The position numbers were made by a program, and so were the translations under genes. Positions 25,371 through 34,029 of a stretch of DNA of 40,071 bases are shown piece by piece; positions within the stretch are counted from its first letter, which is position 1, and every line of letters begins with the position of its first letter. The notes under the pieces are model-generated. The model was not told the origin of the DNA, did not search any database, and saw nothing but the letters and a program-made list of their open reading frames with translations. The DNA is from a virus: UHGV virus genome UHGV-2079066; one strand, written 5' to 3'.

Positions 25371-26399
25371 TTAAGCTTTCGCAATTACGCCGATCGCCAG
25401 CGCCCGATCCATAAAACGCAGTAGCAGCTCAAGCTGCGTACCATGCTTCTGCTCGAATGCTGGTACATCGGCGTGTAACTCGTCGTGGCACTCTCTGCAC
25501 AGAGGGATCACGAAGAGGTCATGGGCTTTTGTTGCTGTACCACCCATACCGTGCCCTACGATATGGTGCGGATCATCTGCTGGCCGTCGGCAACACTCAC
25601 AGGGTTGTGTTTTAACCCAGCGGGTGTACGTCTCATTTATCCAGCGGCGACGTTTTGGCCTGAGCATAAAAGACTCTGGCGACTCCGGATCAACAGAGAG
25701 CGTGAGGATCTTCTTCGCCTTCTCCTGCACAAGTCTGGTTGCTGACGAGGAAGGCACTATGTCGCTTTCCCTCATGACAGAACGGATCTTCTCATCCGGA
25801 AGGCGCAACCCTTTGTGCGCAACGCTTTCCGGAATAACATCAGCCAGGTCGTTTCTGACCATCCACCAGCACAGTTCAGGAAGCGTCAGGATATGCGACT
25901 CGGGAAAACCAGAATCACGCCGAATGACTTCCAGAATCCAGGATACCAGGTTTCCGGCCGCTATACCTGCAAGCTGTTCGGTATGCTGCCCCGACAAAGT
26001 GTGATCGCAATGCCAGCACAGGCGAATACTTCCTGGTGGGTGCCGCATTGTTGTGAAGTTCTTGTCGTGCCACGTTGAATGTGGCCACTGGCATTCAAAC
26101 CGATTACTCAACCATTGCTCAAGGGAAGGAAGCCCACCGGCACGCTGAATAACCCTCTCATTCTCGAAGACCTGACGCATTACCGGATCATCAGCTAGCG
26201 GCTGAATGGCTGCCGGAACAGCCCCGGTACTGAATGACGCCATTTCTTCTGGTTCAGGCTCGAGCAGAACGCGACCACGCATGAAGAGGTGCATCAGTTC
26301 CGTACCGGGACGGAACAGCACAATCCCCATACGATGGGCGATCTCGGGGGTAAGCAGAGCTCTCACGCGACCTGCCCCCTGGCAATGTGTTCTGCCCAC
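25371..26399 (-). CDS. DUF968-like protein with C-terminal HNH-like Cys/His motif
   Basis: seen: ...CECCRRPADDPHHIVGHGMGG...CRECHDELH; 342-codon ORF. Start is uncertain (overlaps upstream gene). Confidence 0.55.
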   Translation of the reverse strand: MGRTHCQGAGRVRALLTPEIAHRMGIVLFRPGTELMHLFMRGRVLLEPEPEEMASFSTGAVPAAIQPLADDPVMRQVFENERVIQRAGGLPSLEQWLSNRFECQWPHSTWHDKNFTTMRHPPGSIRLCWHCDHTLSGQHTEQLAGIAAGNLVSWILEVIRRDSGFPESHILTLPELCWWMVRNDLADVIPESVAHKGLRLPDEKIRSVMRESDIVPSSSATRLVQEKAKKILTLSVDPESPESFMLRPKRRRWINETYTRWVKTQPCECCRRPADDPHHIVGHGMGGTATKAHDLFVIPLCRECHDELHADVPAFEQKHGTQLELLLRFMDRALAIGVIAKA

Positions 26400-27046
26400 A
26401 GTCCACCAATCCAGCGCACGCCTTTCGCCGTGAAACGTGCCTGGCTGAATGCATGATTTGAGGTTACGGATGTGCCGGTTTTCATTTCAAAACGGCCCGC
26501 ATCAATATGCTGATGCCGTGGGGTCATCGTTCCGCCAAGGCGATACATGATGTCGTTCTCAAGGAGGAATAACCGCAGATCTGGCTCTTTGGCCTTAAGC
26601 AGTTTTGCCACCTGGCGGAATGACATTGACCCACTGGCTGTACAGTACCGATCAACAAACGCTACCTTCGGCGCAGCGGCAGCCAGTTCGTTAGTCAACT
26701 GTTGTTTTTGTTCTGCAAGGTCAGCTGCAAGACGTAGGGCTTCAGAGAATGATTGAGGAATCGTCTGCTGCTGTGCCTGCTCAAGCTCCTGCCAGCGATC
26801 AACCAGACGCGCGGTAAACTCCGGCGACAGCTGCGCGACAACGATATAACTGTCCCGCTTCCCTATCAGATAAACCGATACCGACTGATTGAGGTGATTT
26901 TTAACTTCCCCCATTGGGGGGAGTTCAATAACACCGCGCTCTGCCAGGCGTTCAATGGACCGTTTAACATGGTCATGTCGTGATTCCACCAGCTCAGCAA
27001 TATCGCTGCTGGACATGGTTAATGCTGTTGTTGCTAATTGGCTCAT
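26363..27046 (-). CDS. phage antirepressor (Rha-like N-terminal, KilA-C-like C-terminal)
   Basis: seen: ATG 27046 with GGAG SD; SSSDIAELVESRHDHVKRSIERL is Rha-like; C-terminal ...VAFVDRYCTASGSMSFRQVAKLL... is KilAC-like. Confidence 0.65.
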   Translation of the reverse strand: MSQLATTALTMSSSDIAELVESRHDHVKRSIERLAERGVIELPPMGEVKNHLNQSVSVYLIGKRDSYIVVAQLSPEFTARLVDRWQELEQAQQQTIPQSFSEALRLAADLAEQKQQLTNELAAAAPKVAFVDRYCTASGSMSFRQVAKLLKAKEPDLRLFLLENDIMYRLGGTMTPRHQHIDAGRFEMKTGTSVTSNHAFSQARFTAKGVRWIGGLWAEHIARGQVA

Positions 27047-27059
27047 ACTTTTCTCCATA

Positions 27060-27446
27060 TCAGGCGGCTGCACCCGCCGGTTCATATCTGCTGATCGTTA
27101 TCTCTACCCGACCTTTCGGCACTACGGGTCCCCATTCCACCAGCATGCGCTTAATCTGGCTGTCGTCTTCCCAGACACCCGCATGCGTCAGCGCGTCAAA
27201 CAGGGCTTTGTTGTAATTATCGATATCCCGGCGGCGCGCATCTGGCGGGTACAGAGTGATTTCTACCGCAGCCAGTTCAGTCGATGGCTTCGGGAGACGT
27301 CGTAATTGCTCAATGATCGCCACGCAGGCAGCGCTCTGGTATTTACGGCCATCAGCGCTAATGAGGTGACGACCGGCCAGCGGCCCCTTGTTAGGGGCGC
27401 GCCAGTAAGTGTTCACGCTCGGAGGAAAAGGCAGGATCAGTTTCAC
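27060..27446 (-). CDS. rusA: Holliday-junction resolvase RusA
   Basis: seen: MKLILPFPPSVNTYWR...RRRDIDNYNKALFDALTHAGVWEDDSQI matches recalled RusA motifs. Confidence 0.85.
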   Translation of the reverse strand: MKLILPFPPSVNTYWRAPNKGPLAGRHLISADGRKYQSAACVAIIEQLRRLPKPSTELAAVEITLYPPDARRRDIDNYNKALFDALTHAGVWEDDSQIKRMLVEWGPVVPKGRVEITISRYEPAGAAA

Positions 27447-28762
27447 GCGGCCTCTCCCCGCATATTGCGAACAAGTTCAGAAGCGGCAGTAATGATTTCG
27501 CTGGTGGCCGTTCGTTCCAGCCAGAGTTGATTGATGTTGGCTTTCAGCTTGTTCTGCTGTGATTCATCCAACATGTCAGCGCCATCTACCTGGTTGAACA
27601 CAATCCCAACCTCCAGTGGCCAGATACGGGACTCGGGAAGCGGATCCGCTACTGGTTTAGCTTTCTCACGGATGTGCATGCGGATCTGGCGAATATTGGA
27701 CCATCTGGAAACATCCAGGCTTCCCATGGCTGCAATGAAATCAGTGCTGTTCATGCCATATTCACCGGATGCTTCAAGGGCAACAGTGCGAATACGTTCC
27801 GACATATCCAGGCGCACTGCAGCGTCATCGAATTCAATCGACAACAACCACTCATCCACACCGAACAAAATACTCTCACGAATAAGCAGCTTCGCTTTGT
27901 CGATCGTTAATGGTGATACCTGAGTGAATTCCGGTGCTTCAACAGAATCCGCCGCCCAGGTATGCCCAAACTTCGATTCACTGAATGTGTATTCTTCTTT
28001 ATCGCCAAACGCAGCTCTAACGCATGCCCACGCCTCGACGCCGCTGACATCAAAAATATCTTTCTGAGTGAGTGGCAACTCAGCTTCTGGCTTATCAGCT
28101 GCAGGAGGTGTGGCAGTTGCAGGTTGAGACTTGCTGGCAGCAAATTGCGCCAAAGTCATAAACGCCCGCCCTTTTGCCTCCAGTTCTGTGCGGTTGATAT
28201 AGCTGAACCGCTCACCACGCCACGACTTATCGAATACAGCTATGGCACCGGCAAAAAACGCGCTGGTGGGTTTCTGTTTTTCGTCAGCAGGTACAAACCA
28301 CACAGGCAGATCGAACCCAATACGACCACGAATGAATACAATGTGATCGGCATCTTCTGGCCACCACGTTTCACTCGGCGCGGCTTTTATCAGGAATACA
28401 TAGCGACCGCCCTTCTCGCGCTGGGCTGCTGCGTAGTTCATGATATGCGTCATGCCGGTGATCGCCTGCTTCTCGTGGTACTGCGAACGGCTATACGGAG
28501 GGTTGCCATAACCAGCGCCGCCCAGTTCTGCCAGACGTTCAGACCAGTGCTGTGTCAGCGCGTTATCTTCGGCGGTGTACCATGCTGGGCACTTCGCGTT
28601 GTCGTCGTCAGCAAACAAGTCCAGAACTAATGGACCAAATAGCGCGTTGATCCCCCAAAAAAGCAGATCCGGTGTCCGCCACTGATCGCCAACTTCTTTC
28701 AATTCGTGAGCTGGTTTGCTACGCAGTGCCGCCAGCACCTGGCAATATTTATTGGTCATCAT
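27443..28762 (-). CDS. phage-type DNA N6-adenine methyltransferase (Dam) fused to ~225-aa uncharacterised C-terminal domain
   Basis: seen: DQWRTPDLLF...LDLFAD...GYGNPPYS in the first ~215 aa; the remainder has no motif I recognise. Start overlaps stop of replication gene (ATGA). Confidence 0.75.
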   Translation of the reverse strand: MMTNKYCQVLAALRSKPAHELKEVGDQWRTPDLLFWGINALFGPLVLDLFADDDNAKCPAWYTAEDNALTQHWSERLAELGGAGYGNPPYSRSQYHEKQAITGMTHIMNYAAAQREKGGRYVFLIKAAPSETWWPEDADHIVFIRGRIGFDLPVWFVPADEKQKPTSAFFAGAIAVFDKSWRGERFSYINRTELEAKGRAFMTLAQFAASKSQPATATPPAADKPEAELPLTQKDIFDVSGVEAWACVRAAFGDKEEYTFSESKFGHTWAADSVEAPEFTQVSPLTIDKAKLLIRESILFGVDEWLLSIEFDDAAVRLDMSERIRTVALEASGEYGMNSTDFIAAMGSLDVSRWSNIRQIRMHIREKAKPVADPLPESRIWPLEVGIVFNQVDGADMLDESQQNKLKANINQLWLERTATSEIITAASELVRNMRGEAA

Positions 28763-29625
28763 GAACGGAACCCCGAATTTTCTGGCAGTGAGTAATCAAC
28801 ACTCTGGAAGTTTGCGCGGCTGGCTGAGTTAGTCTCCCATTTGCCGTTAACGCGTTCAGGCCGGCCAGCACTGGACCATTTGGTCGCGCTTTGCAGGTAA
28901 CCAGGGAAGTTTTTTGGAATGAACAGAGTTGCCGGGCGGAGGTATTGCGCCTGCTCGCTATCACGCCAATCGGCATTTTTGTAATCCACTACCAGGCACA
29001 GGTCATCAACCGTGAATTGTTCCCGAAGACGGGCGCGAATATTCTCCAGCGACGTACTGCATACCTGGTAGCGTGAGCCAGTTGTCTGGTTCAGGTAAGA
29101 CAAGACCTGTCTGGCCTGATCAGTAATCACAACCTCAGGGTCGGGTTGCGCCGCAACCGGACAAGAGGGTTTTGAAGTTACTTGTGGATCTTGTTTTGAT
29201 TTTACTGACGGATCCCCGCCAGATTCTGACGGGTCAAAACCATCGTTTTTGCCAGATTTCGACGGGTCAGTTTTTGAGGCGTCAAATTTTGATGCGTCAG
29301 ATTTTGACGTGTCAGAATCTGACAGTTGAGAAAATGCGGCAGTCTGAAGTTTCGCCACATTCAGCCGATACACGTTCGAAGCATTACGGTTACCATTACG
29401 GCGCTGTGTACGTGTGAGCCAGCCATCTTTTTCAAGCTTTGCGATTGCCGTTCTGATAGTGCTCGGGCCTGCGCCAAGCTGGCGAGCAATAGTTTCAATT
29501 GACGGCCAGCACACACCTTCATCGCTGCTGAAGTCAGCAAGGCGAGCCATGATCGCAACACTGGACAACTTCATGCCCGACGCTGCGCAACCATCCCATA
29601 CGTAGCCGGTTAATTTAGTGCTCAT
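28759..29625 (-). CDS. replication initiation protein (N-terminal HTH, repeat linker, conserved phage C-terminal domain)
   Basis: seen: N-terminal ...WPSIETIARQLGAGPSTIRTAIAKLEKDGWL...; Ser/Asp/Lys repeat linker encoded by the iteron DNA; position after cro/CII as for lambda O. Confidence 0.7.
   Translation of the reverse strand: MSTKLTGYVWDGCAASGMKLSSVAIMARLADFSSDEGVCWPSIETIARQLGAGPSTIRTAIAKLEKDGWLTRTQRRNGNRNASNVYRLNVAKLQTAAFSQLSDSDTSKSDASKFDASKTDPSKSGKNDGFDPSESGGDPSVKSKQDPQVTSKPSCPVAAQPDPEVVITDQARQVLSYLNQTTGSRYQVCSTSLENIRARLREQFTVDDLCLVVDYKNADWRDSEQAQYLRPATLFIPKNFPGYLQSATKWSSAGRPERVNGKWETNSASRANFQSVDYSLPENSGFRS
29201..29328. repeat. iteron array (candidate origin of replication) inside the replication gene
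   Basis: seen: 6-7 copies of tGAcG-N-GTCA-like units, e.g. ctgacgggtca, tcgacgggtca, ttttgaggcgtcaaat / ttttgatgcgtcagat / ttttgacgtgtcagaa at 16-nt spacing. Confidence 0.55.
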
Positions 29626-29634
29626 GATCGTCCG

Positions 29635-29961
29635 TTATCTCCCTGAACTTTTGCCTGAAATGCTCAAGTGGGCTGAAGCATTCGTGTGGATAGCCATCTC
29701 GCAGGTAGATAACGCGCTGTGTTTCTGGCTCCCAGCGGATAACACGGACTGGCACTCCGCGGTGATCTTTGAACCTTCGGTTAAGTTCGCGCACAGGCGT
29801 TTTGCCCTCCGATAGTAGACCCCCACAATTACGGCAGCCTGGCTGTGGTTACATGACACCCAGCGATTTGATACTTTGCATTCATACCGAAACAGCGGAA
29901 GACCCGGCACCGGGATCATTCGTAGTTGCGGTAAGTGAGGATTTACGATTAAATTGCTCAT
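29635..29961 (-). CDS. hypothetical protein (low-confidence ORF between CII-like gene and replication gene)
   Basis: seen: 108 codons from ATG 29961; Cys-rich, odd composition. An antisense 65-codon ORF (29618-29815) is an alternative; neither is convincing. Confidence 0.3.
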   Translation of the reverse strand: MSNLIVNPHLPQLRMIPVPGLPLFRYECKVSNRWVSCNHSQAAVIVGVYYRRAKRLCANLTEGSKITAECQSVLSAGSQKHSALSTCEMAIHTNASAHLSISGKSSGR

Positions 29962-29966
29962 GCGGA

Positions 29967-30518
29967 TTATTTCTCCATACTCGAAGAGTTGTTCGCCAAG
30001 GCGCCCGGAGCTGCACACTCGCGGGCGTCACTCTTTTCAGCGACACAAAAAACTCGGTAAAGCAGCGTGACGTGCTCCTGAAACTTCGCGATCACCTGGT
30101 AGCTGTTCTCCTCTATCTGAGCACGCTCATCTGCGTCAATCACCCCATCAGCAGTAGCCTTTCGCACAAAGGTAGAATGACGACCAATCCATTCAATGGA
30201 CTCCATCAGGCGCTGGTTAATATCGGCGTTATCCAAATCATCAACATCTGCCAGCGGTACGAATACGCCTTGAGAATGGCGCGCAACGGCATCAGCAATA
30301 TGAGTCGAACCACCAGCACGCTGTAGAACCATCGCCCAACCCAACGGGAATATCTGATCGCCCTCAGTGCGGAGACGGTTGAACAACCCGTTCTCTGAAG
30401 TTCCTAACCATTCCGCGGCCTCGGCATACCCACCAGGAAGGTCGGTAATGGTTTTTTTTATTGCGACCACCAGCCAGGCTGGCTGACGTTCGACTTTCCA
30501 ACTAGGTTCATTACCCAC
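29967..30518 (-). CDS. CII-like lysogeny-establishment regulator (large ~180-aa type)
   Basis: seen: GTG start with AAGGGGG SD 23 nt after the cro stop; ...YAEAAEWLGTSENGLFNRLR... is HTH-like. Family name is recalled, not verified. Confidence 0.45.
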   Translation of the reverse strand: MGNEPSWKVERQPAWLVVAIKKTITDLPGGYAEAAEWLGTSENGLFNRLRTEGDQIFPLGWAMVLQRAGGSTHIADAVARHSQGVFVPLADVDDLDNADINQRLMESIEWIGRHSTFVRKATADGVIDADERAQIEENSYQVIAKFQEHVTLLYRVFCVAEKSDARECAAPGALANNSSSMEK

Positions 30519-30541
30519 GGCTAACCCCCTTGTCTCTGTGG

Positions 30542-30745
30542 TTACTGCTTGTGTTGAGAATTGTTAAGTTTGCTGTAGAGAGAAGCGTCGTATTTCAACT
30601 TCCCGTTCGTAATTCTTTCAATGTAAAGAGCCTGTTTTTCTGGGATTACTTCACCCCATTGACATACGGCACTGTGAGTTACCCCTAAGGCAACTGCGGT
30701 TTTAGAAATGCCGCCGTAGTAGTCGACGACTGTCCCTTTATGCAT
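30542..30745 (-). CDS. cro: Cro-like repressor (YdaS/Cro-type HTH)
   Basis: seen: 67 aa, GGISKTAVALGVTHSAVCQWGEVIP HTH; divergent from cI across an operator region. Confidence 0.75.
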   Translation of the reverse strand: MHKGTVVDYYGGISKTAVALGVTHSAVCQWGEVIPEKQALYIERITNGKLKYDASLYSKLNNSQHKQ

Positions 30746-30845
30746 GGTTTGAATCCTCTTTAGTTAGCATTCTTACATCGTATATGGACAGCATACTTAC
30801 GTCAATAAAATGTAAGATTGCTAACGTACATTCCGAGGAGATTTT
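30746..30845. promoter_or_regulatory. OR region: divergent pR/pRM promoters with dyad operators GT(A/T)AG-N4-CT(A/T)AC
   Basis: seen: gttagcattcttac (30763-30776) and gtaagattgctaac (30812-30825); TTGACG and TATA-like hexamers on the cro strand; GAGGAG SD for cI. Confidence 0.6.
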
Positions 30846-31478
30846 ATGGATACCGTTGGCAGCAGACTGAGATTTAGAAGAAAGCAGAAAAAACTTACCC
30901 AGCGCGATGTGGCTGAGTGGGCAGGAGTAAGCGCGTCTGCTGTGACCCAGTGGGAAAGTGATTTAACAAAACTTTCTGGTGAGAACTTGATATTGGTGTG
31001 TAAATGCCTTCAGTGCTCGCCAGAATGGTTGGTTTTTGGTTCAGGCGATATCGAAAATGGCATTAACATCAACTTGATGTCTGCCAGAGAGGTCCCTCTC
31101 ATATCATGGGTGCAAGCTGGTAATTGGACGGAAGTAATTGGAAATCCTAATAATGAACAAGTGAAAACCACTCGAAAACTTTCTGATTCCGCCTTTGCTT
31201 TGAGGGTTAAGGGAGATTCAATGACTTCTAGCCAGGAGTTGAGTATTCCTGAAGGTTCTATTGTTATTGTTGAACCAGAGTTCGGCTTCGTGGATGAGGC
31301 AAACGGTAAAATTGTCGTTGCTCAAACGGTATCTGGTGGTGAGGCAACTTTAAAAAAGCTGGCGATAGACCCACCGTTTTCGTACCTAATCCCACTGAAT
31401 CCTGCGTTTAAACCCATTGAGGTGAATCAAGAGACCAATCTAATTGGGATAGTTAAACAAATTATCATTGACCTTTAG
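30846..31478 (+). CDS. cI: CI-like repressor (HTH_XRE plus LexA-type S24 autopeptidase domain)
   Basis: seen: N-terminal LTQRDVAEWAGVSASAVTQWE; Ala-Gly in VQAGNW; Ser in KGDSM and downstream Lys. Confidence 0.9.
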   Translation: MDTVGSRLRFRRKQKKLTQRDVAEWAGVSASAVTQWESDLTKLSGENLILVCKCLQCSPEWLVFGSGDIENGININLMSAREVPLISWVQAGNWTEVIGNPNNEQVKTTRKLSDSAFALRVKGDSMTSSQELSIPEGSIVIVEPEFGFVDEANGKIVVAQTVSGGEATLKKLAIDPPFSYLIPLNPAFKPIEVNQETNLIGIVKQIIIDL

Positions 31479-31495
31479 CCCCTCTGGTTCCTACA

Positions 31496-31522
31496 AGCCC
31501 GCTGATCATGCGGGCTTTTTTA
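31496..31522 (+). terminator. rho-independent terminator after cI
   Basis: seen: agcccgc-tgatcat-gcgggct followed by T6. Confidence 0.7.
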
Positions 31523-31538
31523 TGCCTGTGAAAATATA

Positions 31539-31589
31539 GTAAGCAAACTTACAAAATAGACTTGACTGTAAATGTAAGATGTCTAATAT
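31539..31589 (+). promoter_or_regulatory. pL-like promoter with OL operator: -35 TTGACT (31562-31567), -10 TAATAT (31584-31589)
   Basis: seen: 16-nt spacer; perfect 14-bp palindrome GTAAGcaaaCTTAC (31539-31552) matches the OR operator motif; further gtaag half-sites in the spacer. Confidence 0.5.
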
Positions 31590-31625
31590 TAAATCCATCA
31601 GCAACGAACATTGTGGGCATCAGGA

Positions 31626-31829
31626 ATGAAGATAGAGTTGGTTGTTAACGGGAAAATTACTGCTGAGTGCAGTGATGAATCGGAGTTTCTGGCATTCAAT
31701 GCTGCCGTTTTTAGCGCTCTATCGGACATGCAACTTACCCTTCATTCCGAACGAAGGGCTCGTTCAAAATCTAAAATGGCGGCCTTCAATGAGAAGTTTT
31801 TTAAAACGGATCCCACGGGTCGCAATTAA
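31626..31829 (+). CDS. hypothetical small protein, first ORF after pL (not N-like)
   Basis: seen: 67 aa from ATG 31626; weak SD; no arginine-rich N-terminus. Confidence 0.4.
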   Translation: MKIELVVNGKITAECSDESEFLAFNAAVFSALSDMQLTLHSERRARSKSKMAAFNEKFFKTDPTGRN

Positions 31830-32034
31830 GAGAATCAAGAAGCTTAATGGTTTGATAGGTGATGGCTTCCTGTTTAACAGTGTTTTCTGGGCTTGACAGT
31901 TGATCGCGCAATAATTGTATTTGGTTATGCAGGTCATCTGATAGTGGGCCCTCATTAGCACATATTGCAGCTGAAATGGTCTTAATCGCAGCTTCAATAG
32001 CAGTGAGTCTTAACTCAATAATATCGTTATTCAT
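31801..32034 (-). CDS. hypothetical small acidic helical protein, antisense to the early-left operon
   Basis: seen: 77 aa MNNDIIELRLTAIEAAIKTISAAICANEGPLSDDLHNQIQLLRDQL...; 3' end overlaps 31626-31829 by 29 nt; weak SD. Confidence 0.35.
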   Translation of the reverse strand: MNNDIIELRLTAIEAAIKTISAAICANEGPLSDDLHNQIQLLRDQLSSPENTVKQEAITYQTIKLLDSLNCDPWDPF

Positions 32035-32645
32035 AGGTTTATCTTCTTGGCTGTGTGAGAACTCCAAGAATACCACTGAGCCTGATGTGGTGAAAAGACA
32101 GGCAGCAGTTGCAGTACGGCATATGGCACATGTGCCGCAGCAGTCCGGGGATTCCTTGCAAGACATATCCAGATCCAGCGGGTAGCCGGAATATGCAAGC
32201 CAGGCGTGTACGGCAGCCAGAGACGTTTCACCAGCGTGGCGATCAGGTGTGACACCTCGGAAGAGACGAGTCCATAACCAAAAGAGCGCTGGCATGCAAA
32301 AAACATCTCGCAGCCGTTGCAGTACCAAAAGCCAGGATGGGGCGGCAGAACGCGGTAGTGCTCTTTTTGATGTGGTAAACCCGTAGTAGCTGTACCAGAT
32401 GCTGTGTGTAGTCTTGGCGGTACCAGGGTCTTCAACCTTATGCAAGGGGGACGAAGATAATGTTCTACCTCGGTACCGCCCTTTTTACACAACAGACAAG
32501 GGCATCACCGGGCGACGGGCTCATAACCCAATCCACCCGGGCAAAAAGAAAGCGGTCTCTCAAGCCGCCAACCAATGCAGGTGCCCTTCTCTGTTGTGTA
32601 TGGAGAAAGTTCGGCGGTGGCAGCCGCCTTAACGAGGGTAAAACC

Positions 32646-33017
32646 ATGAGTAATGACCGCATGACCGTAGTGCCAGATTTTCTTGGCGAACTGGATGCCG
32701 GCGTGTTCATGAACAAAATCGCGGCAGCACTTAATACCACCGCGCTTGGCGTTCTGAACAACGGCAACAAAGGCAAAGTAGTCCTCACCTTTGATTTTGA
32801 GCGCATGGGTAATTCCGTTGAAGAGAAGCGCGTGAAGATCAAGCACAAGCTGAACTACAGCACCCCGACACCTCGTGGTAAAGCCTCCGAAGAGGACACA
32901 ACCGAAACCCCTATGTGGGTCAACAAAGGCGGGAAGCTCACCATACTGCAGGAAGATCAGGGGCAACTATTCGGGATCACCGGCGCGGTGGATGGAAAGC
33001 TTAAAGCGGCTCAGTGA
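32646..33017 (+). CDS. hypothetical early protein (124 aa)
   Basis: seen: ATG 32646 with GAGGG SD; the track ORF has a 62-codon upstream extension of poor composition. Confidence 0.6.
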   Translation: MSNDRMTVVPDFLGELDAGVFMNKIAAALNTTALGVLNNGNKGKVVLTFDFERMGNSVEEKRVKIKHKLNYSTPTPRGKASEEDTTETPMWVNKGGKLTILQEDQGQLFGITGAVDGKLKAAQ

Positions 33018-33073
33018 TCCGCAGCAACAAACTCACTGATACCACTTCGAACATCAGCAATTAAGGAATTTTT

Positions 33074-33901
33074 ATGTCTCAGTTAGACAGCGGCACCTTC
33101 AAGCAGGTCAAAGACCTGGTTCTTTCCGGTTATCACCTGGATGATATTCAGGACCTGGCTTGCCCGACCGCATTACTGCCAGAGGGTACTGGCGTTGAAA
33201 GCCTCGAGCGTTTTTCTCTGGAGCGTTTCCGCTTTCGTGGCGCAATGACCACAACCAGTATTGACGACTTCGCCCGTTATTCTAAAGGTTATGCCAGCGC
33301 CAGCGAGCCAGCTCGTTGCTTCATTGACGCTGACAACATGACCGCCCGTTCAGTGTTCAACATCGGCACCCTGGATAATCCAGGTCACGCCGATAACGTT
33401 GCTTCAATCACCCTGAAGAAAACCGCCCCGTTCCGAGCGTTACTGCAGATCGATGGTCAACGCCTGAAGCAAAAGCAAATCGCGGAATGGCTGGAAGACT
33501 GGAGCGATTACCTGCTGGCGTTTGATGCTGATGGCAATACGATGCAGATTTCACAGGCGGCTCAGGCTGTGCGTCGTATCACTATTCAGCAAGCAACACA
33601 GCAGGACCATGAAACTGGTGATTTCGCTGGTAAAAAATCTCTGATGCAAAGCGTTGAAGCAAGCAGCAAAGACGTAATGCCTGTGGCGTTCGAGTTCAAA
33701 TGTGTGCCGTATGAAGGTCTGGGTGAACGCCGCTTTAGCTTGCGTAACAGCCTGCTGACCAGCGATGAACCCTGCTTTGTTCTGCGCATCGTCCAACTTG
33801 AAGCCCAGGAAGAAGAGATCGCCAACGAATTCCGCGATTTGCTGATCAGCAAGTTCGAAGGTGAATCAGTGGAAACTTTCATCGGTAACTTTAAAGCCTA
33901 A
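33074..33901 (+). CDS. DUF2303 (YfdQ-like) protein
   Basis: seen: 275 aa, AAGGA SD. The family assignment is recalled from memory of CPS-53-type early regions and is unverified. Confidence 0.6.
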   Translation: MSQLDSGTFKQVKDLVLSGYHLDDIQDLACPTALLPEGTGVESLERFSLERFRFRGAMTTTSIDDFARYSKGYASASEPARCFIDADNMTARSVFNIGTLDNPGHADNVASITLKKTAPFRALLQIDGQRLKQKQIAEWLEDWSDYLLAFDADGNTMQISQAAQAVRRITIQQATQQDHETGDFAGKKSLMQSVEASSKDVMPVAFEFKCVPYEGLGERRFSLRNSLLTSDEPCFVLRIVQLEAQEEEIANEFRDLLISKFEGESVETFIGNFKA

Positions 33902-33913
33902 TTGCTCTGCATT

Positions 33914-33937
33914 AAATCCCCGGCGCCGCGGGGATTT
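33914..33937 (+). terminator. GC-rich hairpin (attenuator-like) after DUF2303 gene
   Basis: seen: aaatccccggcgccgcggggattt then TATT; weak U-tract. Confidence 0.4.
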
Positions 33938-34029
33938 ATTGAAGCGTAATTCCATTAATTATCGCCAACCGGCGAGGGATTCGTACAACCAAAATCTGCG
34001 CGGTGCAGCGCGCCAATATGGGGAAAACC

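Noticed and set aside
30519-30541. Lambda-style nutR between cro and the CII-like gene, and an N-like first pL gene
   Set aside because: The gap is only 23 bp and the first pL ORF lacks an arginine-rich motif; no boxA/boxB pair was recognised.
32035-32492. Long minus-strand ORFs (N-terminal part of 31801-32445, and 32031-32492)
   Set aside because: Trp/Cys/Pro-rich, no SD, antisense to the operon; retained only as an unassigned region.
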